From: a virus
Lineage: Duplodnaviria > Caudoviricetes
Virus record (IMG/VR): IMGVR_UViG_3300025849_000037
Coordinates: 1-61,030 of that record
Length of the DNA: 61,030 bases
Reading direction: 5' to 3' (one strand)
Position numbers and translations under genes: made by a program. The notes under the pieces are model-generated. The model was not told the origin of the DNA. It did no database searches and worked only from the letters and a program-made list of their open reading frames with translations. Shown here one piece after another: positions 1 to 7,457 of this stretch. Each line of letters starts with the position of its first letter. The stretch's first letter is position 1.

Positions 1-169
1 ATATATATACACACACGCTACGGAATCGAAACGGAAATGGAATCCGAACCCCCCTACCCATGACTGCTGATGATTGGGTCAAATACTTTTAGCTTTTTGG
101 GTCTATGGTCGCAGACTCGCAGCCCCTCATTTAGTCACCCTTGATTTGAGACGTAGTAAAGACGGGGAC
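1..169. repeat. Left copy of 169-bp direct terminal repeat
   Basis: Aligns without gaps to 60862-61030 with 5 substitutions (positions 38, 56, 61, 91, 145). Confidence 0.95.
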
Positions 170-815
170 TATACCACCCCACACAAATACAATTCTAGTA
201 TCTATCCTTCTACGGGGTATCCTATAGACTAGACTAGTCTGCTAATGGGTACACGTTGTTAGTGCCTATGGATAAAGGGCTTTGTGAATAACGTTCGTAC
301 ATATACCATTCTAGGCGATGGCTTCTAGGGGCTATTTGGGGCGCTGTAGCGTAACCATTCTACGGGGGCTGCAGGCTGATTAGGGCGCTCGTATTGGGAC
401 GTTTTTGGATTGGCCCAAGATGACCTTTAATGAAATCTGACTTTTGAAAAAATCGGAGCGCTGTGCGCTAGTAATGGTGGGGGTTAAGGGGGATGGCTGT
501 GAATAAGGTTTGGATAAAAGGGTAGGGTCGGGACAAGGGTAGCTGTATCCCTTGCTATCACTAGGATTGATTAAAGGGTAGGCTTTGACAAGTAATTCCT
601 AGGACATATCCAAACATTTTATACTCTTTTTTTCATGGTATGAATCACTCAATTGTGGTTATTAGTCTGTAGGTATTTTTACTCATGCCGAAAAAACTTC
701 ATAGGTATTTTCACTCATTTTGCATTTCGGGCAAAAAAACTCTGTATCCTAGGCTAGGCTTGGGCTAGAGGGCTCTCCTCGCGCGGGTATCAATAATAGC
801 CGAGAAAGGGGCATG

Positions 816-845
816 TTGCAGGTATCGATAATGGTTGTACATTCG
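816..845 (+). promoter_or_regulatory. Bacteroidota-type housekeeping promoter (-33 TTG, -7 TACATTCG) heading the early region
   Basis: TTGC at 816-819, 19 nt upstream of TACATTCG (838-845), which is one mismatch from TAnnTTTG. Confidence 0.55.
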
Positions 846-849
846 GCTT

Positions 850-1390
850 GTCGAACGGGATGAGATATGAGACTCTTGGCGGAGCACATAAGAAGTATCT
901 ACCCGACCATCGAGGCCGAAAGGCTGACAAGCGCCAAACACATTAACAGCGCAGCCGATGTTGAGCAAGCTAACCTAGAGGAACCAACACCCGAGGGATT
1001 TAATAGCTGCGAACGACCAACCACACGTCCTCTACTAGGTACGGATGGAACACTGAGAGAGCCGCACGGCTTTGCAGCCTGCAGACTCAGTAAGTACAGC
1101 CTACCGAAAGACGAAGAGCCGAACGGATAGAGCGCCTTGGCGCAGGATGCACAACGGAACACGATGAATAGAAAGCGAGCAGCAGCAATGCAGTGAGCAG
1201 TAGTAACCGCTAGTACCGATACCGCAAGAGTCCACAAGTAAGCCCTAGAAACAAGTAAGACGCTGTTGGTTGCTTTGCCCAAAGGATGATGCTGATTGTA
1301 TCGATTGAGCCCGTAGGATGCGCACCAAGGTAGCGCCCCAAAAGACTACGCAATCGAGTGACCCGTAAGCCATCAACCAAGTAGGCATTG
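850..1390 (+). ncRNA. Candidate large structured non-coding RNA (~540 nt)
   Basis: Nested long-range helices 1099-1104/1381-1386, 1135-1144/1319-1330, 1146-1151/1297-1302, 1177-1183/1269-1275, 1190-1195/1261-1266; local stems 973-982/1028-1040 and 1052-1057/1086-1091; A-rich linkers; no convincing ORF. Confidence 0.6.
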
Positions 1391-1400
1391 ACCCATTCCC

Positions 1401-1479
1401 GTGGGGCGCTGAGTAAAGTACATGTTACGCAGAGTATATGTACCGAGACTCACAGCAGGAGCGAGACCTGCCGCCCTAC
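1401..1479 (+). ncRNA. tRNA-like element 1 (acceptor-like stem, long arm, T-like arm)
   Basis: GTGGGGCG/CGCCCTAC stem stacked on GCAGG-AGCGAGA-CCTGC (5 bp with 7-nt loop); inner arm TGAGT..GTACAT/ATGTAC..ACTCA. Confidence 0.6.
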
Positions 1480-1486
1480 CTAACCC

Positions 1487-1509
1487 GAGCCAACCACGGC
1501 TCACAAATT
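1487..1509 (+). promoter_or_regulatory. AACCAC-loop leader hairpin, copy 1
   Basis: GAGCC-AACCAC-GGCTC-ACAAATT, 8 nt before ATG 1518. Confidence 0.8.
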
Positions 1510-1517
1510 GAATCAAA

Positions 1518-1850
1518 ATGACCAACGCTGAAAAATTAATCGCAAGCCTAAGCCCCGTAAACACTAACCTAGATGGCGCACCAATCGTATGCTTAACGGC
1601 AGACCCGTACCTAGGTAAGTTTATGGTTAAGCAGCAGTTCAAACTAAGCCTAGGTAAGCCTACAACGCTGACCACATTGCACGACCCCGAAAGCGGTAGA
1701 CGAATCTTCACGGCACGTGATGAGGAAAGTCACGATGTTGCCGAGGGCGCTATGTCTAAGCTAGACTACGAATGCATGCGTAAATCGGAAGAGAACGCAA
1801 AACTAAGAACAGCATCGGTGGTTGCTCAATTGGGCTTCCTAGGTTGCTAA
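1518..1850 (+). CDS. Hypothetical early protein (110 aa)
   Basis: ATG follows the conserved leader and an A-rich initiation region. Confidence 0.75.
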   Translation: MTNAEKLIASLSPVNTNLDGAPIVCLTADPYLGKFMVKQQFKLSLGKPTTLTTLHDPESGRRIFTARDEESHDVAEGAMSKLDYECMRKSEENAKLRTASVVAQLGFLGC

Positions 1851-1888
1851 TTACCCGTGCTTCCCATAGCGAGGCGGCACGTTATTTA

Positions 1889-1949
1889 AGTGAGGGCAGC
1901 GGTAGACTGAAACAAGGTCTGCGCCTAGGTCGTGCTAGGACTGCTCACT
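1889..1949 (+). ncRNA. tRNA-like three-way-junction element 2
   Basis: P2 GTAGAC-TGAAACAAG-GTCTGC, G, P3 CCTAG-GTCGTG-CTAGG, bulged P1 AGTGAG(GG)CAG/CTGCTCACT. Confidence 0.7.
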
Positions 1950-1956
1950 ATTAATC

Positions 1957-1979
1957 GAGTCAACCACGACTCACAAATT
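1957..1979 (+). promoter_or_regulatory. AACCAC-loop leader hairpin, copy 2
   Basis: GAGTC-AACCAC-GACTC-ACAAATT; compensatory T-A pair relative to copies 1 and 3. Confidence 0.8.
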
Positions 1980-1987
1980 CAATCAAG

Positions 1988-2218
1988 ATGGCTAAAGTCA
2001 CTAGAAGTACTGCAGGCGCTAAGTTCGTCAGCAGCAAAGAAAAATTCAATGGGGCTCAGTTCGCTGAGTTCAACGTGAACGTTAAAGTAAGCAAGGGACG
2101 TGCTGAGCGGTTAGCTATGAAGGCTAGACTAGCTGAGGCTAAGGCTGTCATGGCTTTGCCCGTCAGCGCAGGATTCGTTGAAGTTAAGTCTAACCTAAAT
2201 TTCGCATACGCTGTATGA
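1988..2218 (+). CDS. Hypothetical basic early protein (76 aa)
   Basis: ATG after the conserved leader; coupled to the next ORF by ATGA. Confidence 0.75.
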   Translation: MAKVTRSTAGAKFVSSKEKFNGAQFAEFNVNVKVSKGRAERLAMKARLAEAKAVMALPVSAGFVEVKSNLNFAYAV

Positions 2219-2463
2219 AGAACGCTATAAAAGAAGTCATGTTCGACCTATTGGTGAACGGCTCAGTATCGGAAATGATGAAGACCATGCAGCTAGGTAT
2301 GCAGCATGACGAATACAACATCCGCTTCGTAGCGCAGCTATGTGCAGATGAGGCAGATACTATCGAGGAAGAGGGCGCTATGGTCGCAGACTATCCTAGT
2401 CTAGTTCATAGATGCGAATTGTACGCTGACGTAGTAACATTAATCGTAGATAGCAAGTTATGA
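2215..2463 (+). CDS. Hypothetical protein (82 aa)
   Basis: ATGA-coupled chain of ORFs. Confidence 0.75.
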   Translation: MKNAIKEVMFDLLVNGSVSEMMKTMQLGMQHDEYNIRFVAQLCADEADTIEEEGAMVADYPSLVHRCELYADVVTLIVDSKL

Positions 2464-2651
2464 ATCTAGTGAAACTAACCATAGCTGAAAGGCTAGAGAA
2501 AGAGCAGCTACATGAGGCATACGACCTAAGTAGAGCGTGCGGTGAGTTTAACGTATCCGAGGATATTGCTGAACTGATGTACTGCCCATGCGATGAGTAC
2601 CAAGATTTTCGTGAATCAATAATTAAAGGCCTAAAAGGAGAAAAGTTATGA
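2460..2651 (+). CDS. Hypothetical protein (63 aa)
   Basis: ATGA-coupled chain of ORFs. Confidence 0.7.
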   Translation: MNLVKLTIAERLEKEQLHEAYDLSRACGEFNVSEDIAELMYCPCDEYQDFRESIIKGLKGEKL

Positions 2652-2968
2652 GAGATTTCGTAGTAGGTACGCTACTCATTAGTGGTGGTGTTTGGTTCAG
2701 TCTAGGCTTCGCTTACGCTGACCGAGGCATGCTGCAAGCAGCAGCGGTATTCGGATTGCTAACCGCAGTCTTCTTGGTATGTGAGTTCATATACAATCGC
2801 GTCAAGCCTGCACCGCAGGTAGACGTTAAATGGATAGAAGTTAAACTGCAGGCCGTGCGCCATGGCGATGAGTTCTTCATCAAGAACCTAGAAACGGGCA
2901 CGCTGCGCCCTAGCAGCCGTGACGAAGTTTCCGAGTTATGGAACAAAGGTCAAATCACAATTAAGTAA
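2648..2968 (+). CDS. Hypothetical membrane protein, 2 TM segments (106 aa)
   Basis: Two N-terminal hydrophobic stretches; ATGA coupling. Confidence 0.75.
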   Translation: MRDFVVGTLLISGGVWFSLGFAYADRGMLQAAAVFGLLTAVFLVCEFIYNRVKPAPQVDVKWIEVKLQAVRHGDEFFIKNLETGTLRPSSRDEVSELWNKGQITIK

Positions 2969-2984
2969 TCTAAAACCCAACAAT

Positions 2985-3065
2985 ATGCTAGTAGCAACAT
3001 TAGTACTCACCTTAGTAGGTGCATCGTCTTCATTGGCTGTCGCAGGCCTCAAGTCTAACAAGTAA
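2985..3065 (+). CDS. Small hydrophobic peptide (26 aa, MLVATLVLTLVGASSSLAVAGLKSNK)
   Basis: Read by hand; A-rich leader, fills the gap before element 3. Confidence 0.5.
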   Translation: MLVATLVLTLVGASSSLAVAGLKSNK

Positions 3066-3073
3066 AAAATCAA

Positions 3074-3126
3074 TCTCTATGGCTGACTGCAATAAGGTCA
3101 GCGCCTACATCGTGGTAGGGTAGAGA
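3074..3126 (+). ncRNA. tRNA-like three-way-junction element 3
   Basis: P1 TCTCTAT/GTAGAGA (7 bp), G, P2 GCTGAC-TGCAATAAG-GTCAGC, G, P3 CCTAC-ATCGTG-GTAGG (5 bp) abutting P1. Confidence 0.8.
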
Positions 3127-3136
3127 CCTATTAACC

Positions 3137-3159
3137 GAGCCAACCACGGCTCACAAATT
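3137..3159 (+). promoter_or_regulatory. AACCAC-loop leader hairpin, copy 3
   Basis: GAGCC-AACCAC-GGCTC-ACAAATT before ATG 3167. Confidence 0.8.
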
Positions 3160-3166
3160 TAATTTT

Positions 3167-4528
3167 ATGTCACGTTTTGTAGCAGATGTGTGGGGTGTAG
3201 TAGCACTAGCACTAAATCAAGAAGATTCAAAGGTTCGCAACGTAGCGACCAAGTCTCAAATCCTATTCCGTACAGCAGGTATCAACCATGCAACCACGGG
3301 TAAGATGAGCACTAAGCAAGCCGTAGTGAAAATCAACGCATTAGTTCAAATGCATGTTGAGGCATTCAGCAATGGAAAATTGGGCGGGGAAGACTTAGAA
3401 TGTGTTCACGTTATCGTAGCGTACAAGTCCGATACCGATACACTCATGGTGTACGGGAACAGCGATGATACGCTAGGCGGTAAGCGCTTCGAGGAACTAG
3501 GCGAATACTCAAAATCTAGCGAGAAGAGATTCGGCAAATGGTACTTCAACATGGGGCAATTCCAAGATGCTGTTGCAGTCATGCTAGACCAATCATCAGC
3601 GCCCGAATTAATAGAGGCAGAAACCACAAAAACTGAAACCATGGGACAAACACCACAAGAATTGATGCTGCAGGCTATGAGCATGATGCAGCAAGGCGGC
3701 TCGATAGATGAGGCTGCTGTTGAGAAGATTGTAGACAAGCGTATCAAGGCTCAGTCTGCGACTAAGGTTGAAGTAGTGACAGCTACGGCAGTCAAGAAAG
3801 TAGACAAGGCTCACAAGAACTTTGCTGATGCTGTTGCGCTTGTAGGCCTAGGCAAGAATGTCACGCTGATTGGCGAGGCAGGGAGTGGTAAGTCTTACGG
3901 GGCTATCCAAATGGCTCGAGCGCTAGACCAAGAGTACGCTGTTGTATCATGTCACGGCAAGATGCAGTCGTTTGATTTGGTGGGCGCTATGTCTCCTACA
4001 ACGGGCGAATACATTAGCACTTCGCTACGTGATGCATACGAGAATGGTAAGGTGCTCATCCTCGATGAGTTTGACCGCTCTAACAACGAGACTACCATTG
4101 CGCTCAACGGAATCTTAGCAGGCGATTGCTACGGCTTTCCCGATGGTATGGTGCAGCGCCATGCAGACTTCAAGGTCATCGCATGTCAAAACACTTTCGG
4201 CACGGGTACATCTAAGGTGTACGGCTCAGCTAAGCCGCAGGATGGCTCAACGCTCACACGATTCACACGTGTTGTGTGGGACATCGACAGCAAGCTAGAG
4301 AAAGCTATATGTGGTGATACCCTTGCAACGAACGCTGTGCAGCGCATCCGCTCTAATGCTAAAGGCCTTGGATACGACCAAGTGCTTATCACACCGCGTC
4401 AAGCCATAGATGCTAACCAAATGGTACACAGCCTAGGTTGGTCAGTCAAGAAGGCTATCGAGTTCACTTGTCTCAACGGCCTAGCGGCTGATGTTCGCAA
4501 GAGATTATTGCAGGACGTTTCACTATAA
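3167..4528 (+). CDS. MoxR/CbbQ/CobS-type AAA+ ATPase
   Basis: Walker A GEAGSGKS, Walker B LILDEFDR, FPDG..RHADFKVIACQN, LTRF arginine-finger region. Confidence 0.85.
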   Translation: MSRFVADVWGVVALALNQEDSKVRNVATKSQILFRTAGINHATTGKMSTKQAVVKINALVQMHVEAFSNGKLGGEDLECVHVIVAYKSDTDTLMVYGNSDDTLGGKRFEELGEYSKSSEKRFGKWYFNMGQFQDAVAVMLDQSSAPELIEAETTKTETMGQTPQELMLQAMSMMQQGGSIDEAAVEKIVDKRIKAQSATKVEVVTATAVKKVDKAHKNFADAVALVGLGKNVTLIGEAGSGKSYGAIQMARALDQEYAVVSCHGKMQSFDLVGAMSPTTGEYISTSLRDAYENGKVLILDEFDRSNNETTIALNGILAGDCYGFPDGMVQRHADFKVIACQNTFGTGTSKVYGSAKPQDGSTLTRFTRVVWDIDSKLEKAICGDTLATNAVQRIRSNAKGLGYDQVLITPRQAIDANQMVHSLGWSVKKAIEFTCLNGLAADVRKRLLQDVSL

Positions 4529-4535
4529 CGTTCTT

Positions 4536-4588
4536 AGTCTGCGGCTAACTGAAATAAGGTTAGCGCCTAGGTCATGCTAGGGCAGACT
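4536..4588 (+). ncRNA. tRNA-like three-way-junction element 4
   Basis: P1 AGTCTGC/GCAGACT (7 bp), G, P2 GCTAAC-TGAAATAAG-GTTAGC, G, P3 CCTAG-GTCATG-CTAGG (5 bp). Confidence 0.8.
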
Positions 4589-4597
4589 GCTATTAAC

Positions 4598-4619
4598 GCC
4601 CCAACCACGGGCACAAATT
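4598..4619 (+). promoter_or_regulatory. AACCAC-loop leader hairpin, copy 4
   Basis: GCCCC-AACCAC-GGGC-ACAAATT immediately before ATG 4621. Confidence 0.7.
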
Positions 4620-4620
4620 A

Positions 4621-5517
4621 ATGCTTATGAGATATGAAATAATTGAAGGCAAGCGCATGCTCACCAAGGTGCAGACTACATTCTTTGAGTTTGTAGAGGG
4701 CTCTAATCGTGAGGGAAACGTACACAATTCTTCGGACAGCGATGGCTCTAGTTCGTTTTACGGAAACATCAAGTCCTACCAAGAGATGTACGATGCGTGC
4801 TACAGCGGACTGAATGTCAAGAAGATGATGAAAGCTACCGCAGACTTAAAGAGTCTAGTCAACCATGAGGTTGAGACCCCACGCAAAGCGATAGTAGGTG
4901 AGGCATTCAACGCTGCGGCATTCGCAGCAGGGCATCCTTACCACTACTACAAGGATGCTGATGAGTACGGAAAGCCTAGAGTACACTTAACATACAGCAC
5001 CAACGCTGTTGCAGGTGTACGTTCCGAGCAGTTCATTCGCCATGGCGCTGCACTATGTGCAGTCGCTGATGAGATAGCTGAGCAGGTAGATGTAAAGATT
5101 AGTCTATACATCACTAACGTGGGTGTTCTTGGCGGCAATGGCTGTCAAATAGTGACAATCAAAGACTACAACGAGGTTATCGACATCGCTAGAGTAGCTG
5201 CAACAGCGCATCCTAGTTTCTTTCGTCGCATCGGATTCTCATGGTTCGAGAACGCTAGCAGACTGATAGACTCACGTTGTTCTTCGGGATATGGCGGCTC
5301 TATGACGGGTACTAGCAGAGGGGCAGTCATCAGCGATGAAGAGTTCAAAGAGTGGGTAGGTGCTGCTAACGATGAAATGTTGGTAGACTTTCCTGCGCCC
5401 GATGAAGACCAATTCACGGATGATGACTACACCGCTGAATGGATTGCGAGCGCTATGGAAGACATTAGCGACTCAGTAGAAAAAGATGTTAAACATTGTA
5501 AATTATTTGGACTATGA
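4621..5517 (+). CDS. vWA/CobT-like partner of the AAA+ ATPase
   Basis: Directly downstream of a MoxR-type ATPase; alternating beta/alpha pattern and HPSFFRRIGF motif; MIDAS motif degenerate. Confidence 0.55.
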   Translation: MLMRYEIIEGKRMLTKVQTTFFEFVEGSNREGNVHNSSDSDGSSSFYGNIKSYQEMYDACYSGLNVKKMMKATADLKSLVNHEVETPRKAIVGEAFNAAAFAAGHPYHYYKDADEYGKPRVHLTYSTNAVAGVRSEQFIRHGAALCAVADEIAEQVDVKISLYITNVGVLGGNGCQIVTIKDYNEVIDIARVAATAHPSFFRRIGFSWFENASRLIDSRCSSGYGGSMTGTSRGAVISDEEFKEWVGAANDEMLVDFPAPDEDQFTDDDYTAEWIASAMEDISDSVEKDVKHCKLFGL

Positions 5518-5756
5518 TAGACTTTCATATTCACAAGGTCGGCTACCGAGAACGTTTGGTAGCTGACATCGAAACGGGGCTCATTGGCCGCATCTGCGAC
5601 AAGAACTACAGCGGACTATACGAGGTATGGTTCGAGCGTGAGCCATACCAACAAGACTTCGCTATAGAGAACAGCGAAGAGTACCCACTAGAGACTCAGT
5701 CCGAGTTTCCTAATCGTAAATTCAAAAAAGCTAATCAGTTAATCTTAATCGACTAA
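5514..5756 (+). CDS. Hypothetical protein (80 aa)
   Basis: ATGA coupling. Confidence 0.7.
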   Translation: MIDFHIHKVGYRERLVADIETGLIGRICDKNYSGLYEVWFEREPYQQDFAIENSEEYPLETQSEFPNRKFKKANQLILID

Positions 5757-5766
5757 AACCACTATT

Positions 5767-5970
5767 ATGAAAAATGCAATTTCTTACGACTTCGGGTCGT
5801 TAAACATCCAATCATTCTTTGATTCTGCTACGGGTGTAGCTAAGTCTGTCATCCGTTGGGATGGCGCTGCTATGGATACGCTGACTTACTCAGCTAACGA
5901 TGCAGACGATGCAGTAGACAAGGCTGTACGCTTTGCGACTGAGCGTGCTCAATTAGAATTGATAGGGTAA
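5767..5970 (+). CDS. Hypothetical protein (67 aa)
   Basis: ORF in the early gene chain. Confidence 0.7.
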   Translation: MKNAISYDFGSLNIQSFFDSATGVAKSVIRWDGAAMDTLTYSANDADDAVDKAVRFATERAQLELIG

Positions 5971-6149
5971 TGAGTATTAATAGAGAAATGTTCTTAGCGT
6001 ACGAGGCAGTACGTGAGAGCGGTTACTACAACATGTTCGATAGACGAGCATTAGACCTAGCTAACGAGATGAATGACCTAAGCATGGACATCGGTCAATG
6101 GTCGTTCATTATCACTAACTATGACAAACTTAAAAAGACTTACCTATGA
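5970..6149 (+). CDS. DUF5049-like small protein (59 aa)
   Basis: Read by hand: MSINREMFLAYEAVRESGYYNMFD...; TAATG and ATGA coupling on either side. Confidence 0.7.
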   Translation: MSINREMFLAYEAVRESGYYNMFDRRALDLANEMNDLSMDIGQWSFIITNYDKLKKTYL

Positions 6150-6364
6150 ATTTCCAAGTAAGAGTTCCCGTGATTATCACTAGGACATTGCGCACACATG
6201 TGACGATAGACCTAGACGATGAGCAGTTCGATAAGTTCATCACCGACCAAATCCTTATAACGAATCAAGACGAGTTAGAGGATTTATATTACAGCCAATT
6301 CAATGAGGAAGACTTCTTCGAAGAGAGTCTAATCTTTGAGGTTGAGGATGCTTACGAGCATTAA
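6146..6364 (+). CDS. Hypothetical acidic protein (72 aa)
   Basis: ATGA coupling; very D/E-rich. Confidence 0.7.
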   Translation: MNFQVRVPVIITRTLRTHVTIDLDDEQFDKFITDQILITNQDELEDLYYSQFNEEDFFEESLIFEVEDAYEH

Positions 6365-6431
6365 GCGTGTATGGTACTCTTGTCCGAGCATGGCTCCAAG
6401 AGGTAGGGCGGTTCGATTCCGCCCCACGCTA
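6364..6431 (+). ncRNA. tRNA-like element 5 with canonical T-loop and no D or anticodon arm
   Basis: AGCGTG/CACGCT stacked on GGGCGG-TTCGATT-CCGCCC; TATGGT linker; single arm CTCTTG..GAGC-ATG-GCTC..CAAGAG. Confidence 0.7.
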
Positions 6432-6458
6432 CACAGCGAACGTTCACTATAACGTTCC

Positions 6459-6511
6459 GCTCTCAATGACCTTGCAAGCATGTGGTTATGACGCGCAAGT
6501 AGAGAGCACCA
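6459..6511 (+). ncRNA. Minihelix-like hairpin ending in ACCA
   Basis: GCTCTC/GAGAGC stem followed directly by ACCA (6508-6511); inner CTTGC/GCAAG stem. Confidence 0.45.
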
Positions 6512-6537
6512 TATTTAAATTCATAAATACAATTATC

Positions 6538-6960
6538 ATGATTGAAACAAAAGAAGGATTGCTAGAGTATTGGACAGAACAATCTCTACCCCAAGGAACA
6601 GCAGAGAACATCCATTGGCTAAGACATAGCTGTGATGCTTTCTTCTTAGACAAGGGCTACCGCCCATTGAATTACCCACACAGCGATGCGTTTCAAACGT
6701 ATCACAACCCCAAGGGCAACAAGGCTGTTAGAGTAAATATAGCGAGGACATTCGATGACTCGTTGCTAGGCAATGAGAATTGGATTATAGTAGAGGCTAG
6801 AGGCAACACTTATGTAGCGCCCTACAATGCTGCTAGAGACATGGGTGTGATTACGAGTATTAGAGGCATGTACTTTACAGACTCGTCTAACTCAACCGCA
6901 GAAGACTTAATTAAATCAACTGAAATACTAATAGATAATAATTTAGCCTATGAAATTTGA
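6538..6960 (+). CDS. Hypothetical protein (140 aa; start moved from 6367 to ATG 6538)
   Basis: AT-rich initiation region before 6538; the upstream part of the ORF is occupied by RNA structures. Confidence 0.7.
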   Translation: MIETKEGLLEYWTEQSLPQGTAENIHWLRHSCDAFFLDKGYRPLNYPHSDAFQTYHNPKGNKAVRVNIARTFDDSLLGNENWIIVEARGNTYVAPYNAARDMGVITSIRGMYFTDSSNSTAEDLIKSTEILIDNNLAYEI

Positions 6961-7342
6961 TGACATCTTTAGCCCTCAAGAAAGTACCGAGGGAACAACA
7001 ATTACAGACTTCTTTGGGGTCGATACCGACAAGATGGTATCGTGGGTCAAGGACGTTGTAAAACTCAGCAGACAAGAAGACGTTCTAGATACCGACATCG
7101 TGATAGCGGCCATGGCTGTCACGGAGACTAAAGAGGAACTAGCTGTCTTGCAACACTTGGTGCTGAAGGCTACCATGAGTGAGATAATGTCTACCGCAGA
7201 TGAGTCTGCTAGACTACTAGATTGGACTCGTGAGGCACTTGAAAACATGAGTGAAGAGGCGCAGGCTCAGTACGCTGAGTTCATGGTCGGGAAACTCTTA
7301 GAGAACGGAGATATTAACTTCGAAGATTTTGATGACGAGTAG
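6950..7342 (+). CDS. Hypothetical acidic protein (130 aa)
   Basis: ORF overlapping the previous stop codon. Confidence 0.75.
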   Translation: MKFDDIFSPQESTEGTTITDFFGVDTDKMVSWVKDVVKLSRQEDVLDTDIVIAAMAVTETKEELAVLQHLVLKATMSEIMSTADESARLLDWTREALENMSEEAQAQYAEFMVGKLLENGDINFEDFDDE

Positions 7343-7391
7343 TTACTTAGTAACTCACACGTGTACGTATACGCACTATGAATATATATAT

Positions 7392-7430
7392 GTAATCTCT
7401 TCTCCCTTATAGGGGAGAAGAAGAGATTAC
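7392..7430. other. Long intergenic hairpin in an AT-rich, palindrome-rich spacer
   Basis: GTAATCTCTTCTCCCT-TATA-GGGGAGAAGAAGAGATTAC. Confidence 0.55.
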
Positions 7431-7457
7431 TCAAGATAATAACTTAAATTAATACCT

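Noticed and set aside
27-80. Hammerhead ribozyme (GAAA at ~28 and CTGATGA at ~67)
   Set aside because: The required stems around the core cannot be formed.
765-1282. ORFs 765-968(-), 867-1130(+) and 899-1282(-) as proteins
   Set aside because: They lack the AT-rich initiation context and composition of the real genes and overlap an extensively base-paired region; treated as probably spurious.
850-1390. RNase P RNA or a self-splicing intron
   Set aside because: I could not find the GAGGAAAGUCC-type RNase P core or group I/II catalytic motifs by eye; a covariance search is still needed.
1487-4619. AACCAC repeats as a CRISPR array
   Set aside because: Copies are separated by whole genes (0.5-1.5 kb), not by 30-40 nt spacers, and no cas genes are present.
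6367-6537. N-terminal extension of ORF 6367-6960
   Set aside because: The GTG start lies inside a tRNA-like structure; ATG 6538 has the typical AT-rich leader.
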